The notes: a model not told the origin generated them from the letters alone. DNA of 11,091 nt from an uncultured Pseudomonadota bacterium (GCA_964454175.1 CAYVSA010000061.1:1-11091), one strand, 5' to 3'; counted from the stretch's first letter, positions 1 to 7,502 are shown. Made by a program: numbers and translations.

Positions 1-231
1 ATTGCTTTACCGACACAGGGCTATGGCGTGACAAGCCGTCGTCCCAAGTGGGGGAGGGATCACCTCCATACTGCGACACACAAACACTTTGTTATCCTAG
101 TCAAAGTAATCTTAAAATGTTTTCCCATAGATATCTTTCCGCGGCTCTTCAAATAAGCTCTGACAGGAGAAACAGGATTACCCGTCTCGGGCAGGTATCC
201 TGGGCGATCACCTGGGCACGCTAATGCGTGC

Positions 232-331
232 GGTCCAAAGTCCCAGGACCCATGGCCCATGAACAATTGCCAATAATCCAATATCCAGATCGATGGTTGA
301 CCTTGGACTTTGGACCAGGGACCTTGGACAC
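232..331. repeat. Head-to-head degenerate 7-bp tandem arrays forming an inverted repeat
   Basis: 232-287: ggtccaa agtccca ggaccca tggccca tgaacaa ttgccaa taatcca atatcca. 297-331: ttgacct tggactt tggacca gggacct tggacac. Perfect 12-bp inverted repeat ggtccaaagtcc (232-243) / ggactttggacc (305-316). Confidence 0.8.
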
Positions 332-422
332 CGGCATAAGACCGGCAGGCGAGGGATCGAACCAGGATAACTGCATTTATTGTGTTTTTACATCAATCTC
401 ACCAACTAATTGGGAGATGAAC

Positions 423-478
423 CCCAATTTCTAATGCTCCAATTTCCATTTTCCACTTCACCACCTCGACACTTCTAC
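423..478 (-). repeat. 8-bp then 7-bp degenerate tandem repeats just after the DUF427 stop
   Basis: Plus-strand octamers acttcacc acctcgac acttctac (455-478) and heptamers cccaatt tctaatg (c) tccaatt tccattt tccactt (423-458). Confidence 0.7.
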
Positions 479-480
479 CC

Positions 481-762
481 TCACTCAACAACAACATCCC
501 TCCAGAACGCCACGTAACCCTTGATCTCGGCAGCTGCGTCCTTTGGCTCAGGGTAGTACCATGCGGCGTTCTTGTTGACTTCACCGTCTACCTCAACATT
601 GTAGTAATTTGCTTCACCCTTCCACGGGCAAGTGCTGTGGGTGTCGCTGTTGGTGAGGTATTCGCGATTAACGGAATCGGGAGGGAAGTACTGATTACCC
701 TCTATCTCGATCGTGTCGTTGCTCTCTGCCAGAATTTTTCCGTTCCACATAGCTTTAGGCAT
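481..762 (-). CDS. DUF427 domain-containing protein
   Basis: 93-aa ORF with family-typical segments WNG..LAES, EGNQYFPPDSV, TCPWKGEANYY and AAWYYPEPK..A..IKGYVAFW. AGGAGG RBS (plus-strand cctcct 768-773) lies 5 nt before the ATG at 762. Confidence 0.9.
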   Translation of the reverse strand: MPKAMWNGKILAESNDTIEIEGNQYFPPDSVNREYLTNSDTHSTCPWKGEANYYNVEVDGEVNKNAAWYYPEPKDAAAEIKGYVAFWRDVVVE

Positions 763-783
763 GACAACCTCCTGAAAATACTT

Positions 784-862
784 GAGTCGGAGAATCAGTG
801 AAACGGAGAACTGAAACTTGCATGATTTTCACCGATTCCCCGGTTCTCCCCCTCTCCCCGAC
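784..862. repeat. Head-to-head degenerate 8-bp arrays forming a hairpin between glk and DUF427
   Basis: gagtcgga gaatcagt gaaacgga (784-807) opposite accgattc cccggttc tccccctc tccccgac (831-862). Arms 788-803 and 827-842 match 14/16 as an inverted repeat. Confidence 0.75.
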
Positions 863-863
863 A

Positions 864-1850
864 TTATAATTCCGAAAGCCCGTAGCACGCTGCACCTATC
901 AGGGCCGCCTTGGGGTTGATGATCACGTATACGGGCATCTGGTCCATAATCTCTTTCAGCCGTCCCTTACCGGAAAAAGCCTTCATGAAGGTTGTGGTTT
1001 TTAATGCCGGCAGGATCCGGGGCGGTATCCCCCCCCCAAGGTAGACGCCTCCGGTGGCAAGGACTTTGAGAGCAAGGTTGCCCGCCTCCGAGCCCATGAT
1101 CGACACGAACATCTCGAGGGTAGACAAGCACAGGGGGCAAGGCCTGGAATTGTCGAGGGCCGCGTCGATTATGACCGGAGTGGGGTCCTTGACCTCTGAT
1201 AGCTTCCGGGCTAGCCAGGGAGTCTCCTCCATGGGCGAACTTTCCCTGAGAAACCTGTAGATATTGGGGATGCCCCTGCCTGAGCAGACCATCTCAACAC
1301 TCACCTGATCGTGCTCTTTTTGCAGGTATCCCAGGAGGCCCGTCTCACTGGTGTTTCCAGGGGCAAAGTTCGCGTGCCCGCCCTCGGAGGCGTGGGGTAC
1401 GTACCGCGAATTTTCCAGGGTGAGGTAAGCTTCACCAAGGCCTGTTCCGGGCGCTATCACGGCAATAGACCCGCCGGCGACCCCTTCCCCGGGGTTAATT
1501 GTAAAGATGTCCGAGTCTGCCAGGTGGGGAACGGCCACGGCAAGGGCCTGAAGATCGTTTATCAGGCGTACTTCAGGAATGCGCAGGGTTTTTGATATTC
1601 TGCTTTCCGAAACGTCCCATGGCAGATTGGTAATCCGTGCCATCCCCTGGCTCACAGGCCCCGCCACTCCGAAGCTGGCCCTGGAAATCCCAGCCTTGCT
1701 GCCTGCAAGAAACCTTGCAACCAACTCCTCCAGGCTTGAAAAATCAGAGCTGGGGAATGAGTCTTCGACTAAAGGGCTTCCGGTACCCGACTCCGCACTA
1801 AATAGAGCGAGCATGGTCTTGGTGCCGCCGATGTCGCCAGCAAGTAGCAT
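864..1850 (-). CDS. glk: Glucokinase (E. coli Glk-type, non-ROK)
   Basis: Motifs LAGDIGGTKT, GVAGPV, ITNLPW, LINDL.A, APGTGLGEA, SEGGH, E.V.SG.G and GGVYLGGGIPP. Start placed at ATG 1850 (MLLAGDIGG), with AGGAGG at 1864-1869, rather than the ORF-track start at 1895. Confidence 0.93.
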   Translation of the reverse strand: MLLAGDIGGTKTMLALFSAESGTGSPLVEDSFPSSDFSSLEELVARFLAGSKAGISRASFGVAGPVSQGMARITNLPWDVSESRISKTLRIPEVRLINDLQALAVAVPHLADSDIFTINPGEGVAGGSIAVIAPGTGLGEAYLTLENSRYVPHASEGGHANFAPGNTSETGLLGYLQKEHDQVSVEMVCSGRGIPNIYRFLRESSPMEETPWLARKLSEVKDPTPVIIDAALDNSRPCPLCLSTLEMFVSIMGSEAGNLALKVLATGGVYLGGGIPPRILPALKTTTFMKAFSGKGRLKEIMDQMPVYVIINPKAALIGAACYGLSEL

Positions 1851-2098
1851 TACTTCGTCCCGGCCTCCTGATAATCTACCACCGTGCGCCTGCATTCAGT
1901 TTGTCATCCTGCAACACGTTAATAATAGCACAGGACAGGTACCGGGACCCCGGTATGTTGTCTGCTCGCCTGGATGGGCGTTTTATCGCACAGTAAAACC
2001 TTGAAGGTTTACCTGACTGGTGATACTTTGAGCCCACTCCGGTGGAGGAGGTTCTTTGCCTCCCCGGCTTGCCGGATGCCTGCCCAGGGGGAACACTG

Positions 2099-2467
2099 AT
2101 GTCTGAAGAAAACAGAACTGAAAACAGTTTTGGAAACAAGAGGACCCACCCGCGTGCATCGGTCCGTGTAGAGGTGTATTACAACTATGGATCAGATTTC
2201 GTGTCGGATTACATGCTCAACGTCAGCAGGGGCGGGCTTTTTGTTGAGACATTTTCCCCCCAGGAGATAGGAACGGAAATAGACCTTAAGTTCAGCCTGC
2301 CCACCTTCAGCAGGATCTTTAACATAAAAGGTAAAGTCGTATGGAAGAGACCTGCCGGACAGGGAAGCGGCCCTCCTGGAATGGGTATCCAGTTCGTTGA
2401 AATGGACGATGAAGACGCCCGCCTCATTGACGGGTTCGTCCAGAGCAGGAAAGATCCAGGCAATTAA
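2099..2467 (+). CDS. Stand-alone PilZ-domain protein (TIGR02266-like), putative c-di-GMP receptor
   Basis: RxxxR (KRTHPR) and [D/N]xSxxG (NVSRGGLFV) PilZ motifs, then G.VVW and PGMGIQF. Start placed at ATG 2099 after AGGGGGAA. The ORF track starts at GTG 2042. Confidence 0.88.
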   Translation: MSEENRTENSFGNKRTHPRASVRVEVYYNYGSDFVSDYMLNVSRGGLFVETFSPQEIGTEIDLKFSLPTFSRIFNIKGKVVWKRPAGQGSGPPGMGIQFVEMDDEDARLIDGFVQSRKDPGN

Positions 2468-2470
2468 GGA

Positions 2471-3328
2471 TCAGAAAAAGACTTCTCCCAGCGTCAGGGC
2501 GGCCACCATGATGAAGAGGATTCCCAGTGTTCGCTCCATTATTTTTTGCGGGACGCGGGTGGCCACGAAAGAGCCCAGCTGACCACCGATCACTACTCCA
2601 GGCACCGTGAACATCGCCAGGGAGAAAACGGTCTCCAGAGCCGAGCCACCTGAAATTGCAAATCTGTAGAAATGGCCCAGGGAGGCTGACAGCGCCGTGA
2701 CGGCGACTACGAAAACACCGGTTGCCACAGAGACCTTGCTGGGGACCTTGCACCTCTGGAGAAGAAAATAACCGTCCAGTTCACCCAGGCCGGTTGAGAT
2801 CATTCCTACAAAGAGACCTCCGATACCAGCTATTGTCATTCCTTCATACCGGTTGCAGACCTTGTAGCGTATCATTTCGCCATCGGCCGCTTCCAGGATG
2901 GTTTCGGCGCTATCGCCGCCGTAGGTGCCCTTGATGTCGCCGTCCATCTTTTCTATATCCTGGTGCTCCGGAGTGCGCAGAAAGCTGATGGCGATGATGA
3001 AAAGCCCTACGCCCAGGATGGTTTTCAGGATCTCTGAAGGAATTACGGCGGCCAGCATGGACCCTGCCAGGGCCATGGGGACCGTGGCGATGAGAAGTGT
3101 TCTGCCCAGTTTGTAATCTATGAGTTTTTTCGATGCGTAGGCATAGACCCCGCTGGCAAAACCGAAGACTTCAGTTATGAGTGCGGTGCCTATGGCCACT
3201 TCGGGCTCCAGATGCAGGGCCAGGATGAAGATCGGCGAGAAGAATGTTGCTCCGCCAACACCGGAGGCCATTGCAGTTGTCGCCACCACTATGGACACCG
3301 GCAGCATATACCAGTACTCCATGCTCAT
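2471..3328 (-). CDS. Sulfite exporter TauE/SafE family (DUF81/TSUP) membrane protein
   Basis: Multi-TM hydrophobic protein with SGVGGATFFSP, AIGTAL, GMISTGLG, SVATGVF and GVVIGGQLG repeats typical of the TSUP family. Its ATG overlaps the upstream TAA (TAATG). Confidence 0.85.
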   Translation of the reverse strand: MSMEYWYMLPVSIVVATTAMASGVGGATFFSPIFILALHLEPEVAIGTALITEVFGFASGVYAYASKKLIDYKLGRTLLIATVPMALAGSMLAAVIPSEILKTILGVGLFIIAISFLRTPEHQDIEKMDGDIKGTYGGDSAETILEAADGEMIRYKVCNRYEGMTIAGIGGLFVGMISTGLGELDGYFLLQRCKVPSKVSVATGVFVVAVTALSASLGHFYRFAISGGSALETVFSLAMFTVPGVVIGGQLGSFVATRVPQKIMERTLGILFIMVAALTLGEVFF

Positions 3329-5055
3329 TAGATCATCTCCTTGAGCAGTTTGAGTCCACCCGATAATTCACTGCCGAGTTCCAGGCGGATCACCCTGCGT
3401 CCGGCATCGAGGAGCGCCTGGCGGTCGCCCATGGCCTGGGCTGCTTTCAGGACCCCGAAGGTTGTGGAGGATCCGGGCGCTGTCGGTGTATCGGGTATGG
3501 GAAGGTCCTCGGAAGATGTGGATGTTATCTGCAGGAAAAGCCCTCTCCCTGCATCTCCCTTGTGGAGCTGGCCGGTGGAATGGAGGAATCGGGGGCCGTA
3601 ACCGAGAGTCGTTGCAATATTAAATTTCTCCCGGATGCTGGAACGAAGATCCTGCAGGAGCTCCCATGTTTCCACGGATGGCTTCAGGTAAGCCTGGAGG
3701 GCGGCGTAATCACCGGGTTCTGCCTGAGCCATGAACTTCAAAAGGGTTCCTTTGATCGTGTCTGCAGAGAGACTCGTGTAAACGGAGATGTCACCCTCCA
3801 CAACAGACGGTTTCTGCTCGGGGAGTCTGCCGTCCCGGGCGTAGGCATCAAGCATGGTGCGCGCCTGCACTTTTGCGGACTCAACGTTGGGTTGGTCAAA
3901 AGGGTTGATGTCCATAACATGTCCTGCAACAGCTGTTGCCATCTCCCACCTGAAAAACTCGCCGCCCAGATCATAGGTATCCTCAACATCTATCCTGATG
4001 ACGGGATGACCCGTACCGATCAGGCTTTGGACGAATTCATCATGGGTGTCGTCCCCAGTCAGCCTCAGGTGGACAAAGAGTCTGTCGCCACCGTAATTTC
4101 CGGGCTTTCCGGGTGTTTCACCATCAACAGGCAGTATCCCTTTTCCATCTTTGCCAGTGCTTTCGGCAATGAGCTGCTCGGCCCACGCACCGAATGCTTC
4201 GATACCGGAAGACGTTATGAAGGTGAGCTTATCCCTGCCTGAAAGGGCAAAGGAGCCAATGGCCGCACCCAGTTGTGCAGCGGGGTTACCGCTTTCCTCC
4301 CGGTTGTCGGCCGAAATGCATTTCTCAGCCATGGCGGAGGCTCTGCCAAGGAGCCTTTCGAGGTCAACACCCATCAGAGCTGCCGGAACCAGGCCGAAGA
4401 AAGACAACGCTGAATATCTTCCGCCGATGTCGGGGTCGTTGAGAAAGACATCCCTGAACGATCGTTCGTTGGATATATCAACCAGGGGGCTGCCAGGGTC
4501 TGTTATGGCGGCAAAGTGGCGGCCGGCAGTATCGACCCCTGCTTCGCCAATGACCATGTTGAAAAAATATCTGAAAAAAGAGAGAGTCTCGGTCGTGGTG
4601 CCAGACTTGGTTGAAACAATGAAAAGAGTCGATCGGATGTCTATCCGGCTGGCCATCTCGCGCACCGCCCCGGGATCAGTGCTGTCTAATACTTGCAGCT
4701 TTAAATATCCGTCTTCTACTGGAAACACCTTGGAGAAAAGATCCGGCGCCAGGCTGGACCCCCCCATGCCAAGGAGGACAGCGCTGTTAAAACCATCAGC
4801 CCTTACAAGCCTCGTAAAACCGGTTATCCTGCGGATAACGCCAGACATCGTTTCCGGGCTGTGCAGCCATCCCAGACGGCTGGTTATTTCGCCGCGGTCT
4901 CCCTCCCAGACAGTGTGATCCTGCTCCCATATTCTCTGGATAATATTTTCATTCTGCAGCTTGAGGAGATCGTTTTGAACCTGTCCGTTATCCTCACCGA
5001 AAAACTCGGTATACTTTTGGCGGTTCTTCCCGGCATTTTCCGGTTTTTTCATCAT
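3328..5055 (-). CDS. pgi: Glucose-6-phosphate isomerase (PGI domain of the Tal/Pgi bifunctional type, without the transaldolase domain)
   Basis: RLGWL, LGMGGSSL, STKSGTTTET, AITDPGS, DIGGRYSALS, EQLIAESTGK, NPFDQPNVESAK and GYGPRFLHSTGQLHKG motifs. AAGGA RBS overlaps the rpiB stop. Alternative ATG at 5052. Confidence 0.88.
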   Translation of the reverse strand: MMKKPENAGKNRQKYTEFFGEDNGQVQNDLLKLQNENIIQRIWEQDHTVWEGDRGEITSRLGWLHSPETMSGVIRRITGFTRLVRADGFNSAVLLGMGGSSLAPDLFSKVFPVEDGYLKLQVLDSTDPGAVREMASRIDIRSTLFIVSTKSGTTTETLSFFRYFFNMVIGEAGVDTAGRHFAAITDPGSPLVDISNERSFRDVFLNDPDIGGRYSALSFFGLVPAALMGVDLERLLGRASAMAEKCISADNREESGNPAAQLGAAIGSFALSGRDKLTFITSSGIEAFGAWAEQLIAESTGKDGKGILPVDGETPGKPGNYGGDRLFVHLRLTGDDTHDEFVQSLIGTGHPVIRIDVEDTYDLGGEFFRWEMATAVAGHVMDINPFDQPNVESAKVQARTMLDAYARDGRLPEQKPSVVEGDISVYTSLSADTIKGTLLKFMAQAEPGDYAALQAYLKPSVETWELLQDLRSSIREKFNIATTLGYGPRFLHSTGQLHKGDAGRGLFLQITSTSSEDLPIPDTPTAPGSSTTFGVLKAAQAMGDRQALLDAGRRVIRLELGSELSGGLKLLKEMI

Positions 5056-5065
5056 TTCTTATCCT

Positions 5066-5521
5066 TCAATTCCCGCAGTACCTGCGTTCAAGGTCCCTGA
5101 GCTTTTCGAGGCGGGTCAGGTGTCTGCCGCGGGCTGTGAACACGGCATTGAGAAAGGCCTCCGTCAGTTCCTTGGCCAGCTCTGAGCCAATTACCCGTGC
5201 TCCCATCACCAGGACGTTCATGTCGTCGTGCTCCACCCCCTGGTGGGCGGAGTAAATATCGTGACACAGGCCGGCCCGAATTCCCGGGATCTTGTTGGCG
5301 GCGACAGAAACCCCAACGCCGCTTCCACATATCAGGATACCTCTTTGTGCTTCACCTCCCGAAATAGCGAGGCTCACAGCTTCAGCAAAATCAGGGTAAT
5401 CAACTGGTTCGGTGCTGTCTGTTCCCAGATCAAGTGGCTCGTGGCCCAGTGCCCTGATATGGTCAACTAATTCATTTTTCATTAAATATCCGGCGTGGTC
5501 CGAGGCTATTGCGACTTTCAT
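5066..5521 (-). CDS. rpiB: Ribose-5-phosphate isomerase B
   Basis: MKVAIASDHAG, DYPDFA, ICGSGVGVSVAANK, G.RAGLCHD..SA and EHDDMNVL motifs. Start placed at ATG 5521 after a GGGGGAA RBS-like tract. The ORF track starts at 5557. Confidence 0.94.
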   Translation of the reverse strand: MKVAIASDHAGYLMKNELVDHIRALGHEPLDLGTDSTEPVDYPDFAEAVSLAISGGEAQRGILICGSGVGVSVAANKIPGIRAGLCHDIYSAHQGVEHDDMNVLVMGARVIGSELAKELTEAFLNAVFTARGRHLTRLEKLRDLERRYCGN

Positions 5522-5599
5522 CCGGTTATTCCCCCGTTCCTGAAAAAAGCTGAGCACCCCCCACAGAGTCCCCGAAAGGTTAGAACCCTTTCCTGTTAA

Positions 5600-5627
5600 A
5601 GTATACCCCCGGTTTTTGCCATTACAA
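5600..5627 (-). promoter_or_regulatory. Putative sigma70 promoter for rpiB-pgi-tauE
   Basis: Minus strand TTGTAA (5627-5622), 16 nt, TATACT (5605-5600), about 80 nt upstream of the rpiB start. Confidence 0.55.
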
Positions 5628-5707
5628 ACCAGGGAGGTCGGTCAGACTAAATATTTATTCGTGATAAAAATTTTATATACTTGCTATAGACAAACAAACA
5701 GCACAGC

Positions 5708-5735
5708 TTGATTATCGCCGGTCATGGCTTATAAT
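5708..5735 (+). promoter_or_regulatory. Putative sigma70 promoter for the arsS operon
   Basis: TTGATT (5708-5713), 16 nt, perfect TATAAT (5730-5735), preceded by an AT-rich tract. The ORF-track ATG at 5724 falls inside this promoter, which argues against it as the start. Confidence 0.65.
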
Positions 5736-5780
5736 CGAATAGTATCTGATGTGATGTCTTTTCGGAGGAATAAAATATCA

Positions 5781-6746
5781 ATGAACGAATTTGAAAAGCG
5801 AATTAACGGAATGTGCATAGACGGGCTTCATGCCAGAACGCTGCATAATTTCCAGGTCAACCTGGGGTTGGTCTGCAACCAGGCTTGCAGGCACTGTCAT
5901 CTTGACTGTTCTCCTGCCAGGGTCGAGGTTATGAGCTGGACGGTCATGGAGCAGATAATTGCCGCGGCGGAAAAAGTCCGTCCCCGGCTTGTTGATCTGA
6001 CGGGAGGCGCTCCGGAGCTCAACCCGGATTTTCGCAGGCTCATTGACGCTATGGTCAGAATGGGCCTTGCGGTACAGGTCAGGACCAACCTCACCGTGCT
6101 GACCGAGCCTGGAATGGAAAGCCTTGGTGAGTATTTTCGCGACAACAGGGTCGGACTGGTAGGATCGATGCCGTGCTATCTCGAGGAAAACGTCAGGTCA
6201 CAGAGGGGTCCTCAGGTGTACGAAAAGAGTGTGGAGGCAGTAAGGGCATTGAACAGCCTCGGCTATGGTATCGAACCTGATCTTGTCCTGAACCTTGTTT
6301 ACAACCCGGGAGGCCCTTTCCTGCCGGGTGACCAGGCTGGCCTCGAAAATTCCTATCGCAGGGAGCTTTCCGAGCGCTTCGGGCTGAGCTTTACGCACCT
6401 GTTCACCATCACGAATATGCCCATCGGGCGGTTCCGTGAAGAGCTTGCTGCCCGGGATAAGGTGGATGACTACATGGAACTGCTGCGTGGGTCGTTTAAC
6501 GATCGTACAGTGGACGATCTCATGTGCCGCTATCAGATAAACTTCGGGTGGGACGGCGCCATGTACGACTGTGATTTCAACATGGCCCTTGGGTGCACCA
6601 TCGACCATGGAGCCCCCGACCATGTGAGCAGTTTCGATCCGGCTGTTCTTACTGACCGGCGCATTGTCACCGGGAGCCACTGCTTCGGCTGTACTGCGGG
6701 GGCGGGCTCCTCCTGCAGCGGGGCTCTCGCGGAGACCGCACCCTGA
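5781..6746 (+). CDS. arsS: Arsenosugar biosynthesis radical SAM protein ArsS family (TIGR04167/DUF3641-type), Cys-containing form
   Basis: QVNLG..CNQACRHCH (CxxxCxxC), DLTGGAPELNP, RTNLT, SMPCY..ENV..QRG, LNLVYNP.G, TITNMPIGRF, LMCR, YDCDFN and the C-terminal HCFGCTAGAGSSC.GAL signature. Start placed at ATG 5781 (GGAGG at 5764-5768). Confidence 0.9.
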   Translation: MNEFEKRINGMCIDGLHARTLHNFQVNLGLVCNQACRHCHLDCSPARVEVMSWTVMEQIIAAAEKVRPRLVDLTGGAPELNPDFRRLIDAMVRMGLAVQVRTNLTVLTEPGMESLGEYFRDNRVGLVGSMPCYLEENVRSQRGPQVYEKSVEAVRALNSLGYGIEPDLVLNLVYNPGGPFLPGDQAGLENSYRRELSERFGLSFTHLFTITNMPIGRFREELAARDKVDDYMELLRGSFNDRTVDDLMCRYQINFGWDGAMYDCDFNMALGCTIDHGAPDHVSSFDPAVLTDRRIVTGSHCFGCTAGAGSSCSGALAETAP

Positions 6747-6791
6747 CGGTAAGGCTGCCGTGGAAGGGCCGCCAAGACGAGAGGTACCTAT

Positions 6792-7502
6792 TTGAGAGCA
6801 GACGACGACGGCAGAGGCAGTAAAAAGGGGCTCTGGAAACCTGTTGTCCTCCTTGCAGCCATCGTCGGGATCATCGTTCTTTCCAGGATCTTCAATGTTG
6901 GGGAGAGGCTGGGTGAGCTCAGGGGCTGGATCGACTCTCTCGGCCCTATGGGTCCTGTCGCTTTCGTTTTTATCTACGCCGCTGCGACCGTAGCCGCACT
7001 CCCAGGTTCGGTGTTTTCAGTGATCGCCGCCGCCCTGTTCGGGCCTGTTCTGGGTGTTATTGTCGTGATAGTTGGTGCGACCATTGGAGCCTCCCTGGCT
7101 TTTCTGGTCTCCCGTTACTTTGCCAGGAAGGCTATAGAGGGCTGGCTTTCCGGGAACGAAAAGTTCCGCAAACTTGACGACATGACAGAGCGGCACGGGG
7201 ATATAATGGTGGCCATAACGAGACTGCTTCCCATCTTCCCCTTCAACCTCCTCAACTACGGCTTCGGTCTGACAAAGGTCGCATTCCGCACCTACGTGAT
7301 GTGGTCGGCGGTGTGCATGCTGCCTGGTACGATCCTGTACGTCGTTGGGTCTGCCGCTCTGCTCGAGGCTGCTGCTGAAGGGAAAGTGCCGTGGATCCTG
7401 GTAATTGTTGTGGCCATGATATTGGGAATAATTACCATCCTTGCCAGGCAGGCCAGGAAAAAACTAAAAGGAGAGGACGGCGGCGCTAAAGGTACCGCCT
7501 GA
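6792..7502 (+). CDS. TVP38/TMEM64 (VTT/DedA superfamily, SNARE-associated-like) membrane protein
   Basis: LPGS......A.LFG...G, GAT.GA...F..SRY, RLLPIFPFNLLNYGFGLT and MLPGT..YV..G motifs. TTG start after GAGGT. Confidence 0.9.
   Translation: MRADDDGRGSKKGLWKPVVLLAAIVGIIVLSRIFNVGERLGELRGWIDSLGPMGPVAFVFIYAAATVAALPGSVFSVIAAALFGPVLGVIVVIVGATIGASLAFLVSRYFARKAIEGWLSGNEKFRKLDDMTERHGDIMVAITRLLPIFPFNLLNYGFGLTKVAFRTYVMWSAVCMLPGTILYVVGSAALLEAAAEGKVPWILVIVVAMILGIITILARQARKKLKGEDGGAKGTA

Noticed and set aside
1-70. Possible 3' end of 16S rRNA (GGATCACCTCC)
   Set aside because: The upstream sequence lacks the conserved AAGTCGTAACAAGGTA and helix 45 context, so only 11 nt match.
173-202. Imperfect hairpin caggat..cccg-tct-cggg..atcctg as a terminator
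   Set aside because: The stem is interrupted, there is no U-tract on either strand, and no gene ends next to it.
232-478. CRISPR array or IS/MITE ends
   Set aside because: Units are 7-8 bp with no unique spacers. No cas or transposase gene and no evident target-site duplication.
1-584. Small ORFs 60-281, 228-434, 399-584 and an open plus frame 1-156
   Set aside because: They mostly translate repeat tracts or low-information intergenic DNA, with no convincing RBS or protein motifs.
1029-1037. C9 (G9 on the coding strand) homopolymer in glk as a phase-variation site
   Set aside because: It encodes the conserved GGG of GGVYLGGGI and the frame is intact. There is no evidence of slippage.
1986-2098. 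Possible c-di-GMP riboswitch upstream of the PilZ gene
   Set aside because: There is superficial similarity (cgcacag..aaacc) and several short stems, but the GEMM-I core (GGCAAA, GNRA loop, GACGCAAAGC) is not present.
3562-4918. Plus-strand ORFs of 226 and 255 aa opposite pgi, and other short nested ORFs in the track
   Set aside because: They lie fully within well-supported genes, lack motifs and have shadow-frame composition.
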